Positions 18,961 to 28,221 of a stretch of DNA of 64,000 nucleotides are shown one piece after another. Numbering within the stretch: the stretch's first letter is position 1; every line of letters starts with the position of its first letter. The DNA is from Escherichia phage phAPEC8: sequence record NC_020079.1; one strand, given 5' to 3'. The position numbers and the translations under genes were made by a program. A model generated the notes under the pieces. The model was not told where the DNA came from and did no database searches. It saw nothing but the letters and a program-made list of their open reading frames with translations.

Positions 18961-19011
18961 TAGTTGCACCCCGTTCTGCGGGGTGTTATTGTATATGTAA
19001 AGGAGGCGCTA

Positions 19012-19350
19012 ATGTATTACACTGAAGACTACATATTGTATAACTTTTTTAAAGGTTGGTTGAAATGGGCGGAACAAGCTCCTGTCGGAGATTGTGTTTT
19101 TCCTTGGGATTCTCGTCAAGGCTTGTGTCGTTGTTTGGAAGATTGGCTTATAACCACAAACTACAATTCAGAAACTAAGAAATCTACATCAAACAGATTA
19201 AAAATGTTGTTTGAAGAAGATGGTTTAGATCCAATTTATCCTTTCGGTGAGGAAAGTTTCCACAATGGTCTTTTCCTTGGCACTCAACATTATGATAAAG
19301 ATCGTGTAGATTGGGTAAAAGAAAAGGTAGCACAGTATGAATGGGGTTAA
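19012..19350 (+). CDS. paralog family A member 7
   Basis: FFKGWLKW, QGLCRCL, DGLDPIYPFG, RVDWVKEKV; ATG after AAAGGAGG. Confidence 0.55.
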   Translation: MYYTEDYILYNFFKGWLKWAEQAPVGDCVFPWDSRQGLCRCLEDWLITTNYNSETKKSTSNRLKMLFEEDGLDPIYPFGEESFHNGLFLGTQHYDKDRVDWVKEKVAQYEWG

Positions 19351-19540
19351 GAATTATCACCGCTGGTTAGAAAGCTATCTTAAGAAATGTGAACTTGGTG
19401 TTCCAGGTTATACTTACGACACGGACGAGATTCTTGATGAAATGGAAGTTTGGTTTAAAGAGCCTCGTGAACTATTGGAAAACATTCTAATGGCTTGGGA
19501 TGGTACGGCACAAAGCATTGAAGGAGATAGAAATGAGTAA
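19337..19540 (+). CDS. hypothetical small protein
   Basis: ORF but no clear SD. Confidence 0.35.
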   Translation: MNGVKNYHRWLESYLKKCELGVPGYTYDTDEILDEMEVWFKEPRELLENILMAWDGTAQSIEGDRNE

Positions 19541-19667
19541 GAAATTGTTTAATATTCGTGAGAACCGTGATGGATCGTTCTCTGTAGTCAATGAGTTTAA
19601 CGTTTCGGTTGGGACTTTTATTACTAAACGTCAAGCAGAACAAGTAAGAGATACTTTAAACAAGTAA
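19533..19667 (+). CDS. small protein (44 aa)
   Basis: ATG ORF below cutoff, SD GAAGGAGA. Confidence 0.35.
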   Translation: MSKKLFNIRENRDGSFSVVNEFNVSVGTFITKRQAEQVRDTLNK

Positions 19668-19685
19668 ATTTTTAAGGGGGGACTT

Positions 19686-20105
19686 ATGTTAGGTAAGATC
19701 AAAGCTTTTTTCAAACGTATTGTTGAAGGAAGTCCAACAGAAGGTGCATTAGGAAGATCTCTAACAGGAGAACCGCTTGCCATAATTTCTATCAGTCGGT
19801 ATGGTGGATATTCAATTAAACAAACACCTTTAGGTATAGAAGGTAGTATGCTTTCTTGGACAATATCTCAAGTTGGTGATAACAGGCTTGCAGCTATAGC
19901 ATTGCTTCGTGGGGAGTATGACTATTGTTTATCAGCGCCTTGTAAAAAGCATCTCATAGAGCACATTAGAGACAGAGTAGAAAGAGAAGGCGGATACTTC
20001 TTCGAAACTAAGAGAAACGAACAAGGAACTCTTGACTTCACTAAGGTTTACTGGGACAATCATACTCGTCAAACTGTTGAACAACTTCTGGAGGAAAGAT
20101 GTTAA
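19686..20105 (+). CDS. hypothetical protein
   Basis: ORF, SD AAGGGGGGA. Confidence 0.55.
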   Translation: MLGKIKAFFKRIVEGSPTEGALGRSLTGEPLAIISISRYGGYSIKQTPLGIEGSMLSWTISQVGDNRLAAIALLRGEYDYCLSAPCKKHLIEHIRDRVEREGGYFFETKRNEQGTLDFTKVYWDNHTRQTVEQLLEERC

Positions 20106-20308
20106 AAGCTTTTGCTGTATACTCTACTGTAGGATTCTTTTATTGGATTATAGTTATTGTCGGGTGTTGGTTAGGTTCTTGTGTTGTGATGGGAGAATGG
20201 TTAACATACAATGTATTTGAATGGGATGTAGTTTGTAGATCATTACTTGTTATATGGACTGCTATTGTTTGTTGGATAACTGTTAGTCTAACATTGGATC
20301 TATACTGA
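20099..20308 (+). CDS. small membrane protein
   Basis: two hydrophobic helices; SD GGAGGAAAG. Confidence 0.5.
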   Translation: MLKAFAVYSTVGFFYWIIVIVGCWLGSCVVMGEWLTYNVFEWDVVCRSLLVIWTAIVCWITVSLTLDLY

Positions 20309-20309
20309 T

Positions 20310-20668
20310 TAATAGATGGTAGATAGATGATCATAGTTTATCTACCTTCACTTACGTTTCATACCTCACTATCGTGAGTAACATGAAACATTATTATATA
20401 GAAATCTACTACTCGCTATCGCTCGTAAACATATGTTTAGGGTACCATATTTTTTTGAAAAAGTCAATGCTGATTCACCTATCAATTATCTGTTTAAGAT
20501 AAGTCTTACCTATCAATCTAACTCTTAACTAGTATTGCACCTATAGTCAGACTATTCCTATAGTTATTAACCCTCTTCTTCTATAGAATGTAATTAGATC
20601 CTTGACAAACTCACAAAGCTTGTGTTACATTGTGTCTCACAAGTGAATAATACCGAACAGGAGGAAGA
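20310..20668. promoter_or_regulatory. intergenic regulatory region with nested hairpins, CCTAT(C/A)(A/G) direct repeats and TTGACA promoter (20602)
   Basis: GGTAGATA..TATCTACC and GTTTCAT..ATGAAAC inverted repeats; five CTATCA/CTATAG motifs. Confidence 0.45.
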
Positions 20669-20884
20669 ATGAGTTCCAATTTTCTATACAAAGCAAAAGA
20701 TTCACGAGATGGAGAGAACCATTGGTGGTTGATCACAGGAGATGGTGTTATCATCCTACCGTGGGACGGAGAGACAAAAGTTCAAATACTGGAGAAAGTA
20801 AAAGGTGTTAGTTTTAATGTTAGTCATGACATAACAACTTTCAAAGCTTTTGCTATGAATCCTAGTCTTGTTGCTGAATGGTAA
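20669..20884 (+). CDS. hypothetical protein
   Basis: ORF, SD CAGGAGGAAG. Confidence 0.55.
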   Translation: MSSNFLYKAKDSRDGENHWWLITGDGVIILPWDGETKVQILEKVKGVSFNVSHDITTFKAFAMNPSLVAEW

Positions 20885-20897
20885 TCCAGGAGAAAAT

Positions 20898-21116
20898 ATG
20901 ACTAAAATGTATGCAGCCGTTGATAAGCTGGATGGGTCTGATTCTGTTTTTATTTTGAATAAAATGGGTGTCTTAGTTTATGCCCGAACTTCTCAAAACA
21001 TAGAACACCAAGTGGAAGCAGCACAAATTTTAGAGCAAATAACCCCTCCATACCTATACTCAAATGTTGAGCGTTTTAACGATGCACTTGGTTTGACGTT
21101 AATAGCGGAATGGTAA
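20898..21116 (+). CDS. hypothetical protein
   Basis: ATG after CCAGGAGAAA; track start is TTG 20868. Confidence 0.5.
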   Translation: MTKMYAAVDKLDGSDSVFILNKMGVLVYARTSQNIEHQVEAAQILEQITPPYLYSNVERFNDALGLTLIAEW

Positions 21117-21118
21117 TA

Positions 21119-21316
21119 ATGGCGAAAATGTTGGAAATTGATAATGTCGTAACAATCACTACGTCCACACCTTGTTCTCCTATGCCTTGCCCCTATTGTG
21201 GTGGTGCAGGATATGTTATGGCGGATGTAGGTCAAATTTACGAGTGTAACCCGTGCAAAACCACAGGTTATATCCAAATAGAATCAGAGGAGAAACACTA
21301 TGAGCCAAAACACTAA
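21119..21316 (+). CDS. small zinc-binding protein
   Basis: CPYCGG ... CNPCKTTG pairs. Confidence 0.45.
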   Translation: MAKMLEIDNVVTITTSTPCSPMPCPYCGGAGYVMADVGQIYECNPCKTTGYIQIESEEKHYEPKH

Positions 21317-21749
21317 AGAAAAAGAAGTAATCACGGTAATCCGTCAGATGGAAGGTGCCGAAAACAATGCTTTTGTTACTAAAATTCTTCTTAATATCTT
21401 TGAAGATGTTATTTTAAACAATCCTGGTCATAAAGATTATCAGTATGATGTTATGATGGGGGCTTTGCTTGAGATTAACAAAAACACTTTTGCTGAATAT
21501 GAGCAACACATGCTTTTACCAGAGGAAGATCAGGATTATTTGTTATCTGGTGCTTTAAGTGCACAAGAAAATTTCTACCACGTTCTTAATATGGCTTATG
21601 CAGATGAACTTGCTGTCTCCCTTGAAGAGCGGATTCAAATGGTTCGTGACGTAATGAATGAACAAATCCAAGAAGTTGAAGATCTGGTAGCAGAGCCTTT
21701 AGCAGAAATTCGTGCAGCTATTGAAAAACAAAAAGGAACTCAATCATGA
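21300..21749 (+). CDS. hypothetical protein
   Basis: ORF, SD GAGGAGAAA. Confidence 0.55.
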   Translation: MSQNTKEKEVITVIRQMEGAENNAFVTKILLNIFEDVILNNPGHKDYQYDVMMGALLEINKNTFAEYEQHMLLPEEDQDYLLSGALSAQENFYHVLNMAYADELAVSLEERIQMVRDVMNEQIQEVEDLVAEPLAEIRAAIEKQKGTQS

Positions 21750-21913
21750 TGCAAGTAGGTGATGTGGTTTGTCTTAAAGGTGCAAACAAACAAATGACAG
21801 TAATAGAAAGTTATGGTGAATCTTGTAAAGTAACTTGGTTTGATGAAAACGGTGAGTTGCAACACGCTATATTCGATCAAAAAGCTTTGAGGAAGGTTGA
21901 AGAAAAAGAATGA
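21746..21913 (+). CDS. small protein (55 aa)
   Basis: ATG ORF below cutoff, ATGA overlap both sides. Confidence 0.4.
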   Translation: MMQVGDVVCLKGANKQMTVIESYGESCKVTWFDENGELQHAIFDQKALRKVEEKE

Positions 21914-22173
21914 GCCATCCATCAATATTTTTCTGTTTTGTAGATCTTGAAAACGAGTCTTTAATCGTTGATAGTGAGGGTTACTTCACTTATTGGGAAT
22001 CCGAGCACGAAACTATAAGTGTAGTGAAAGAAATTATGCAAACCAATCCAAATCTACCAGCGCATAAGTACGGTATTGCAAAAGTGTTTGTTACTAAAAC
22101 AGAGTACACAAAAGAGCGAAGCACTTTGTACCATAATATTGAAGTGATTCACTATTTCAAAGATGTTATTTAG
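21910..22173 (+). CDS. hypothetical protein
   Basis: ORF tiling. Confidence 0.5.
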   Translation: MSHPSIFFCFVDLENESLIVDSEGYFTYWESEHETISVVKEIMQTNPNLPAHKYGIAKVFVTKTEYTKERSTLYHNIEVIHYFKDVI

Positions 22174-22181
22174 GAGGTTAT

Positions 22182-22790
22182 ATGGAAGAGAAGATTTGGG
22201 ATGGTAAAGATCCTTTAGAAGTTGGACACGTAGCGCGTGTCAAAAAATCTACTACAGGTCCTGGTTTTTCTGGTTTGTATCATATACCAGAAGAAGGTCA
22301 GCACGTTACAATTTTGGCTCGTGACAAACAAAACGGAGCAACGCCTGTGTGGATTGTTCGTTGGTATGACAAAGATCTTAACATTTGCTTGTCACCTATT
22401 ATGGCTCATTTGCTGGAAGCCCCTTGCTCTGAAGAAGCTCTAATTTTTGTTTCGGCTTTTCAGAAAGCCACAGGTTTAACATTAGATGCAAAAGATGTGC
22501 AAAAAGCATTTGACATTATTCAGGAAGACAACGATACTACATCTAACGACGAACTGGTTGAAGTTACAATCTTATCTTCAGAAGATATCCGAGAGATTGA
22601 TAATTGTGATTTTCCAATCACATTTAAAATGTCGCAGAAAGACATACAGTCATCTGGAAGTTGTTTTGGTATACCTCGTTGGTTTTTTGATTCTATCAAA
22701 AATTCTACTACAGAGGGATCAGACTATGATCAAGATGACATGCTTTGGTTCTTAAAAAACAGAGAGATTGTTCTCTCACCACTTAAATAA
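22182..22790 (+). CDS. hypothetical protein
   Basis: ORF, SD TAGGAGG. Confidence 0.55.
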   Translation: MEEKIWDGKDPLEVGHVARVKKSTTGPGFSGLYHIPEEGQHVTILARDKQNGATPVWIVRWYDKDLNICLSPIMAHLLEAPCSEEALIFVSAFQKATGLTLDAKDVQKAFDIIQEDNDTTSNDELVEVTILSSEDIREIDNCDFPITFKMSQKDIQSSGSCFGIPRWFFDSIKNSTTEGSDYDQDDMLWFLKNREIVLSPLK

Positions 22791-22799
22791 GGAGAAATA

Positions 22800-22901
22800 A
22801 TGGTTTCATTTATCGTAGGTGTAGTTGTAGGCTATCTTATTAACAAATATCAAGACGTTATCACGGCAAAAGTAAAAGACATTTTAGACTCATCTAAATA
22901 A
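22800..22901 (+). CDS. small membrane peptide (33 aa)
   Basis: ATG after AAGGAGAAA; hydrophobic N-terminus. Confidence 0.35.
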   Translation: MVSFIVGVVVGYLINKYQDVITAKVKDILDSSK

Positions 22902-22953
22902 TCTATCAAAGCTGCATCTTCAATAGGTGCAGCCTTTTAAAAGGAGATATGGC

Positions 22954-23127
22954 ATGACTAAACGCACTGATTTTAAATGTATGCATTGTGGGAAATCTTT
23001 TGGGGATCATCAAGCTCGCACATTCAACTGTCCACGTAAAGGTCGCGGAAATTTTAAAGGTTTTAATCCCGCACATGTTTATTCTCCAGATTACGATAAG
23101 CCAGAAGAAGAAAAATTTGTTATTTAA
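22954..23127 (+). CDS. small zinc-finger protein
   Basis: CMHCG ... NCPRKGRG; SD AAAAGGAGA. Confidence 0.5.
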   Translation: MTKRTDFKCMHCGKSFGDHQARTFNCPRKGRGNFKGFNPAHVYSPDYDKPEEEKFVI

Positions 23128-23139
23128 TAAGGAGGTCAT

Positions 23140-23421
23140 ATGGAACTCGTTCAAGAATTGTATAATGCTTTAGGAGCAAAAGGAAAAGATTGGCCCGAAC
23201 ATGCGCTTATTGCTATAAGAGACTCCGATGGTGAGATTAAGTTTTCAAGCGTAAGTAAAGAGCACATCGTAGAAACAAAACTGGGTATTTACATGCGTGG
23301 AACTTATTGCTTATTCAACACCAGAATGGTAGAAGCTCCTGTTATCGAGGATGGAACAAAAGATTGCCCCACAATCGTAACAAAATCTGAATATGAGAAG
23401 TTTTTCTACGCTAAGGCTTGA
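23140..23421 (+). CDS. hypothetical protein
   Basis: ORF, SD TAAGGAGG. Confidence 0.55.
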   Translation: MELVQELYNALGAKGKDWPEHALIAIRDSDGEIKFSSVSKEHIVETKLGIYMRGTYCLFNTRMVEAPVIEDGTKDCPTIVTKSEYEKFFYAKA

Positions 23422-23455
23422 CACAGAAACAATACTATAGGATAGTGATCCTATC

Positions 23456-23490
23456 GTAGCAATAAAACCCGCTTCGGCGGGTTTTTTCAT
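23456..23490 (+). terminator. Rho-independent terminator
   Basis: AACCCGCTTCGGCGGGTT hairpin + TTTTTT. Confidence 0.7.
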
Positions 23491-23512
23491 ATCTGTAGCA
23501 ATAGGAGGTCGT

Positions 23513-23743
23513 GTGTTAAATAAAATCGAAGAAGGTTGTATGGCATTTTTGGTAGATAACCCGTTTCCCTTTATGGTTAAGGTCCATGTAGGAGAGTATT
23601 TAGGTTATGACGAATGGGATTGTAGTATCAATAGTGAAATGCACCACTACCAACCAACAATACTTAAGACGGATCAAATGGCGCGTATTACAGTAGAGGA
23701 TGAATTGATCATTGAGTTATACGAGAGAGCACTACACAAGTAA
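23513..23743 (+). CDS. hypothetical protein
   Basis: GTG start with SD AGGAGG. Confidence 0.45.
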   Translation: MLNKIEEGCMAFLVDNPFPFMVKVHVGEYLGYDEWDCSINSEMHHYQPTILKTDQMARITVEDELIIELYERALHK

Positions 23744-23780
23744 GCTAGAACCCACCTAAATCGAACAGAGACGCTCTAAA

Positions 23781-23812
23781 ATAGAAAAGGCACCCACTTG
23801 GGTGCCTTTGTT
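23781..23812. terminator. bidirectional terminator at convergent junction
   Basis: AGGCACCCACTTGGGTGCCT hairpin with T-rich tracts on both strands. Confidence 0.6.
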
Positions 23813-24085
23813 TTATTCTTCGTTAGATTGCGTTTCAGACGCGTTAAATTCGGTTTCAGTACAGCTTGCTAGGTAACTTATGTTTTGCATCACTACAACT
23901 ACAGGTGTTTGAAGTTTATCTTCTAGCCCAGCAGCCACTTGAGCCAAGGCGTTATCAATATTTGATTTCCTAACGCCTGTTCCATGCCCTGTTGCCAAGT
24001 AAAGATTACCTTCCCCTTTTTGTGTAGCATTGGCAAAGTAGTAAACGTAATGTGCAAGGTAGTAATCACGGATTTCTTCAGTCAT
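23813..24085 (-). CDS. hypothetical protein
   Basis: ORF with SD; preceded by cUUCGg-loop terminator of upstream gene. Confidence 0.5.
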   Translation of the reverse strand: MTEEIRDYYLAHYVYYFANATQKGEGNLYLATGHGTGVRKSNIDNALAQVAAGLEDKLQTPVVVVMQNISYLASCTETEFNASETQSNEE

Positions 24086-24128
24086 TTTATTCTCCTAATA
24101 AGAAAGGGGCCGAAGCCCCTTGAGTGGT

Positions 24129-24929
24129 TTATTTGTTTAAGTGGTCTTCGACCATTTTAATGAAACCTTCATTGCTGAAGGCTGTTGCAGCTTTTTCTCG
24201 GTAAACAAAAACTCCACGATCTTCATAGAGAAGTGTTTCTTCGTAATTAACTCCAGGGTTAACTACAACCATTTTTGTTCCGATGTTAAGAGCAGGAAAA
24301 AGCTCCCAGTTAAAATTGATAACTTGATTAGAGCAACCCACTACAATCACCATATCTTGAGCCGTCAAGCCGTCTAAGATGTGGTACATATCGTTATACA
24401 ATGGGGCAGTCTCCCCAAAGAACACTACATTGGGCTTCACATACTTGTAATCATCTACATCGATAGCAGCATAGCCAACATCTTTGATGATTCTATTGTC
24501 TACGATCACTTCAGGCAGGAAGCCGTGAACATGTAGAACATCTTCATGAACAACACCTGCTTGTTCCAGAAGATCATCTACGTTTGTCGTGATGTTGATA
24601 ACACGATCACAGCCGTACTCTTGGAACCACTCTGCGATCTGGTAATGCGCAGCGTTAGGAGACACACTATCCATCTCTACGCGACGTTTATTGTAGAAGT
24701 CATGAGTTTTACGGTAGAGGTTGTATCCCTCTGCATCTAATCCACCAACAGCGCCAGGAACACACTGTTCTTGCTGGTAGCCAGCACGGAAATTGAAAAT
24801 ATCGCACACTTCAGAAAGGTCGTATTCATCCCACAAAGCTTTCCCACTATCTGTATCAGTGCGGAAAGTACGTACACCGCTATCGGCGCTTAGACCCGCG
24901 CCGCTGATCACTATTAATCGTCTTGGCAT
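24129..24929 (-). CDS. SIR2-family (sirtuin-like) NAD-dependent protein, no zinc-ribbon module
   Basis: GAGLSADSGVRTFR, NAAHYQIAEW, NITTNVDDLLEQAG, HVHG, KPNVVFFGE, VVGCSNQV, VVVNP; no CxxC pairs. Confidence 0.75.
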   Translation of the reverse strand: MPRRLIVISGAGLSADSGVRTFRTDTDSGKALWDEYDLSEVCDIFNFRAGYQQEQCVPGAVGGLDAEGYNLYRKTHDFYNKRRVEMDSVSPNAAHYQIAEWFQEYGCDRVINITTNVDDLLEQAGVVHEDVLHVHGFLPEVIVDNRIIKDVGYAAIDVDDYKYVKPNVVFFGETAPLYNDMYHILDGLTAQDMVIVVGCSNQVINFNWELFPALNIGTKMVVVNPGVNYEETLLYEDRGVFVYREKAATAFSNEGFIKMVEDHLNK

Positions 24930-25417
24930 TCTTCCTCCTCATAATCATCATAATCTTCGTCATCCAAATCGTACACTTCGTCTTGAGAATAACTCACTTC
25001 AAAGTAAATATCAAACTCCGCAAACAAACGTAGAATGTTGGACATGCTGTAATAATTATCGTAGGCAGATTCAGCTTCATAGTAAACATAAAGCAAATGG
25101 TTAGCCTTATCATCTTCCAAATATTTCCCGTCTGCATACGCATAGTCTGCATATGCTTTACCTGCATCTTCCACAAGAGAACGATCAAGCAGAGTAGGAA
25201 ATGGTTTCTCTTTTTCTTTTAGTTTGCTCACCAACCAGTGTGCAATATCATGCCAATCTGCATCCTCTCCGCTGAAGCAGCTTGCGACTTCGCCAAACTT
25301 GGCATCTCCTAAGTCTCCGCTAATAGTGATCATGGTTGAACTATTGTAACCACAAGTCTCGCAATTTGAACAACTGTTGTGCACATGAATTTCTACTTGA
25401 AACATATTTCCTCCCAT
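24914..25417 (-). CDS. hypothetical protein with N-terminal Cys cluster and acidic C-terminus
   Basis: CSNCETCG; DD/EE-rich tail; overlaps SIR2 start by 16 nt. Confidence 0.5.
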   Translation of the reverse strand: MGGNMFQVEIHVHNSCSNCETCGYNSSTMITISGDLGDAKFGEVASCFSGEDADWHDIAHWLVSKLKEKEKPFPTLLDRSLVEDAGKAYADYAYADGKYLEDDKANHLLYVYYEAESAYDNYYSMSNILRLFAEFDIYFEVSYSQDEVYDLDDEDYDDYEEEECQDD

Positions 25418-25463
25418 AAAAGAAAAGCCCCCTGAAACAGGAGGCTTTGTTCAGATATCGGCA

Positions 25464-26117
25464 CTATATCAGACTTTCAAGGTATTTGTCAAGGGCTTCT
25501 TGATCACCTTGACAAACATAGCAACGGAAGTCTTGAGCCGAAGGTTGTTTATTTTCATCCCAGTCCCAATAAACATTACCCTTATAACGTGAACCAGGAA
25601 ACTCAAAAGAGGCTGTATGTGTAATGTATCCTGGGCCACCAGTGAAATCACAGAATGAGAATTGGGGGTATGCCGCCTTTACTGCCTCAATAAACCAAGC
25701 TTTACGATCTAAAGCTTCATTGATGCTATACGCATGTCTCTCCATTTCTTCCCACGTTTTCCAGACACTTCTCTCATCAGGAGAAAAGACAAGCCATTCT
25801 GGAAGGTACAGAGTGTCATAGTAATCATCATATTCGATCTCGGAGGCGCACGAAGCTGACTCCTCCAGTTTTGAGTAATCAAAAGCAGAATATACCCACC
25901 AACCATCTTCCAGTAACGCTTTGATAGGGACGAAGCCTTTATCAGCATATTGATCGAATTGTTTGACACGGTGGCTTGTGCAGTCTTCAAACTCACATTC
26001 TAAACGATATGCACCTTTTCGACGAGCCTCAAGACCGTGTGTACTGAAAATAACAACACTTCCTTCACCATCATTACGATCTACTTGATAAGCAACTACT
26101 GGTTTTGAATTTGACAT
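25464..26117 (-). CDS. hypothetical protein
   Basis: ORF tiling. Confidence 0.5.
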   Translation of the reverse strand: MSNSKPVVAYQVDRNDGEGSVVIFSTHGLEARRKGAYRLECEFEDCTSHRVKQFDQYADKGFVPIKALLEDGWWVYSAFDYSKLEESASCASEIEYDDYYDTLYLPEWLVFSPDERSVWKTWEEMERHAYSINEALDRKAWFIEAVKAAYPQFSFCDFTGGPGYITHTASFEFPGSRYKGNVYWDWDENKQPSAQDFRCYVCQGDQEALDKYLESLI

Positions 26118-26800
26118 TATTTCTCCTTATCTAGAAGATTGTTAGACAAAAACACTGCACGAGCAAAACCACGTGCGGTTAAGGATCTAAGTTGTTTTGT
26201 TTTTGCACTAGCTCCACCTAAGCTTTTCCAACCCCAGAAGCAGCCTATATGATCTACTGGTTTCTTCACTGGTTGAACAAAACCATTGCCGTGCCAAATA
26301 CAAGTTTTCTTTGTATACCCATCACGGGTAGGCATTTTAGGATGAAAGCTTCCTTCCTCTTCAAACAAATACCCACCATACTCATAAGGATCAAAGTAAA
26401 AATCGGGTTTACGCCATAAGGTTGAAAGTTTACCTACTGGGTTCTCAATCATCCAAGGAACATTATATTTGTTACCCAAAGCTTCCACTACACGAATATT
26501 AGCTAAAGCTTCATCTAGTTCCTCTGTGCTACGTTCGTGTTTGCTACCACTACCTGCTAACATAGTGCAAGGTGGAAATCCAAAAATAATATCGGGTTTA
26601 GGTATCCCATGATCTTCAGGGTTGAATGTAGAATCTATCCAGGCATTCACATAGGTTATGTTTGGGTGCTCCATCCTAACCTCGTATTTACCGTGATCCC
26701 CTTCATCAGCGTTTACACAAAAACACTTGTGACCTGCTTCGGCATAACGTAACACCATGATCCCAGATCCGTCAAACATAGACAAAACTGTTTTACTCAT
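26117..26800 (-). CDS. C5-cytosine methyltransferase-like protein
   Basis: FDGSG (motif I-like), GFPPCT (PC motif), ENP (ENV-like); start set at MSKT with SD GGAGGGG. Confidence 0.4.
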   Translation of the reverse strand: MSKTVLSMFDGSGIMVLRYAEAGHKCFCVNADEGDHGKYEVRMEHPNITYVNAWIDSTFNPEDHGIPKPDIIFGFPPCTMLAGSGSKHERSTEELDEALANIRVVEALGNKYNVPWMIENPVGKLSTLWRKPDFYFDPYEYGGYLFEEEGSFHPKMPTRDGYTKKTCIWHGNGFVQPVKKPVDHIGCFWGWKSLGGASAKTKQLRSLTARGFARAVFLSNNLLDKEK

Positions 26801-27206
26801 TACCCCTCCATTCAAGACAAGCCATAACTTTACGCCAATCACTTTCTGTAAGAAAAATCTCGTTTGCTTTCTTCCACAAATCTAAATCGTGAAGGGTTGG
26901 AATACGATATGTTAGTTCACAGAATCTATGCTCTTCTTCTGTAATATAACCAAAATGCAGAGCCACATCGTGAAACCAACACCAACCATGCATCTCTCGA
27001 ACAACATGGTCATGCTGAGACATTGTTTTATGCCGTAAACCTAACCAACAAGGAACAGATACTTTAGTAGTCTTTAATCTGTGATCAACAGTATTAGAGT
27101 ATTCAATAATAGCTGTCAGTTTCAATCGTGCTTTTTCTAAATCCTCATGGGTCACTTTGAAATAACTTTCTGAAAGATATCCACACATATTAATAACCTC
27201 CTTCAA
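26793..27206 (-). CDS. hypothetical protein
   Basis: ORF tiling. Confidence 0.5.
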   Translation of the reverse strand: MKEVINMCGYLSESYFKVTHEDLEKARLKLTAIIEYSNTVDHRLKTTKVSVPCWLGLRHKTMSQHDHVVREMHGWCWFHDVALHFGYITEEEHRFCELTYRIPTLHDLDLWKKANEIFLTESDWRKVMACLEWRGNE

Positions 27207-28131
27207 AAGGCTTAACTACATGTTGATTAGCTTTAAAACGTTCAACATAATCGTTTTCGCCCATGTTTTCATATAGCTTAGTAACAACATAAAAGTTTTC
27301 CCAAGCATATTCCCTAAACCAACCACTAGTGATGGATGTGCAGACTTTAGATAAAGCCATTATAAAACTTTGCTTAGGGGTTGGACCTCCGATCTCTTCA
27401 CCGAAAGGAATTTGTGAACGTTCCAAAGCCAAAACACACGCTTCTTCATAAACACCTAACAGGCGCACATGTTTTGGTTGAGCAAAAAACTTTTCTTTGC
27501 TGGTCATAACTTCACTTCCATCTTTCATATAAGATTTATATGCTGGAGCATCCATTACCGCGATTGCTTCATGGATAGAATCATGATCATAAACATACGG
27601 AACCTCATCACCTTTAAAGAAGTCTTTACTTTTTACGTTTAAGTTCGGATGAGAGTAAGTGTATGTTTCTTTCTCACGCAATTCATAAATACTCTTAAGA
27701 TTTTCTGGGATCTTTGCACCCAGTGACCGCATGAAATGAATATCTTTCATAGTTTTAAAGAAGTGAGGACTATCCTTTTTAAAACGATGACTCATTTTAA
27801 GAAGGTAGAGCACATCTAAAGGAGCAACAACATGTCCAGCGTAAGTTCGACGAACATCATCAGAACCTTCACAATAACTAATCAAAGCTTCTGTGCTATC
27901 TCCTTGAGAAGCAATATCATATTCCAAATGTGCACCAGCTATCATTTTGACATGGCCTTTGTTTCCTTTACGTTCTACAAGTTCAACAAACTCATCTTGA
28001 GAGAACATTTTTGATAATTCTTCCCACTCTTGTTCTGTACACAGGTAATCTAAATCTACACAAGGGCGATACAAGTCTTTTCCCATGTCCATAGCATGAA
28101 TTTGTAATGCACGGCTACCAATTAACACCAT
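27190..28131 (-). CDS. Pol-beta-superfamily nucleotidyltransferase-like protein
   Basis: N-terminal GS-x(n)-VDLD signature (IGSRALQ...CVDLDYL). Confidence 0.4.
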   Translation of the reverse strand: MVLIGSRALQIHAMDMGKDLYRPCVDLDYLCTEQEWEELSKMFSQDEFVELVERKGNKGHVKMIAGAHLEYDIASQGDSTEALISYCEGSDDVRRTYAGHVVAPLDVLYLLKMSHRFKKDSPHFFKTMKDIHFMRSLGAKIPENLKSIYELREKETYTYSHPNLNVKSKDFFKGDEVPYVYDHDSIHEAIAVMDAPAYKSYMKDGSEVMTSKEKFFAQPKHVRLLGVYEEACVLALERSQIPFGEEIGGPTPKQSFIMALSKVCTSITSGWFREYAWENFYVVTKLYENMGENDYVERFKANQHVVKPFEGGY

Positions 28132-28221
28132 AATATTTCTCCTCTATTGGTTGATAGGTTAAGTTTATCAAGCTTCCAGATTCCTGTCAATAAAAAACCC
28201 GCCGAAGCGGGTTATTATTTA

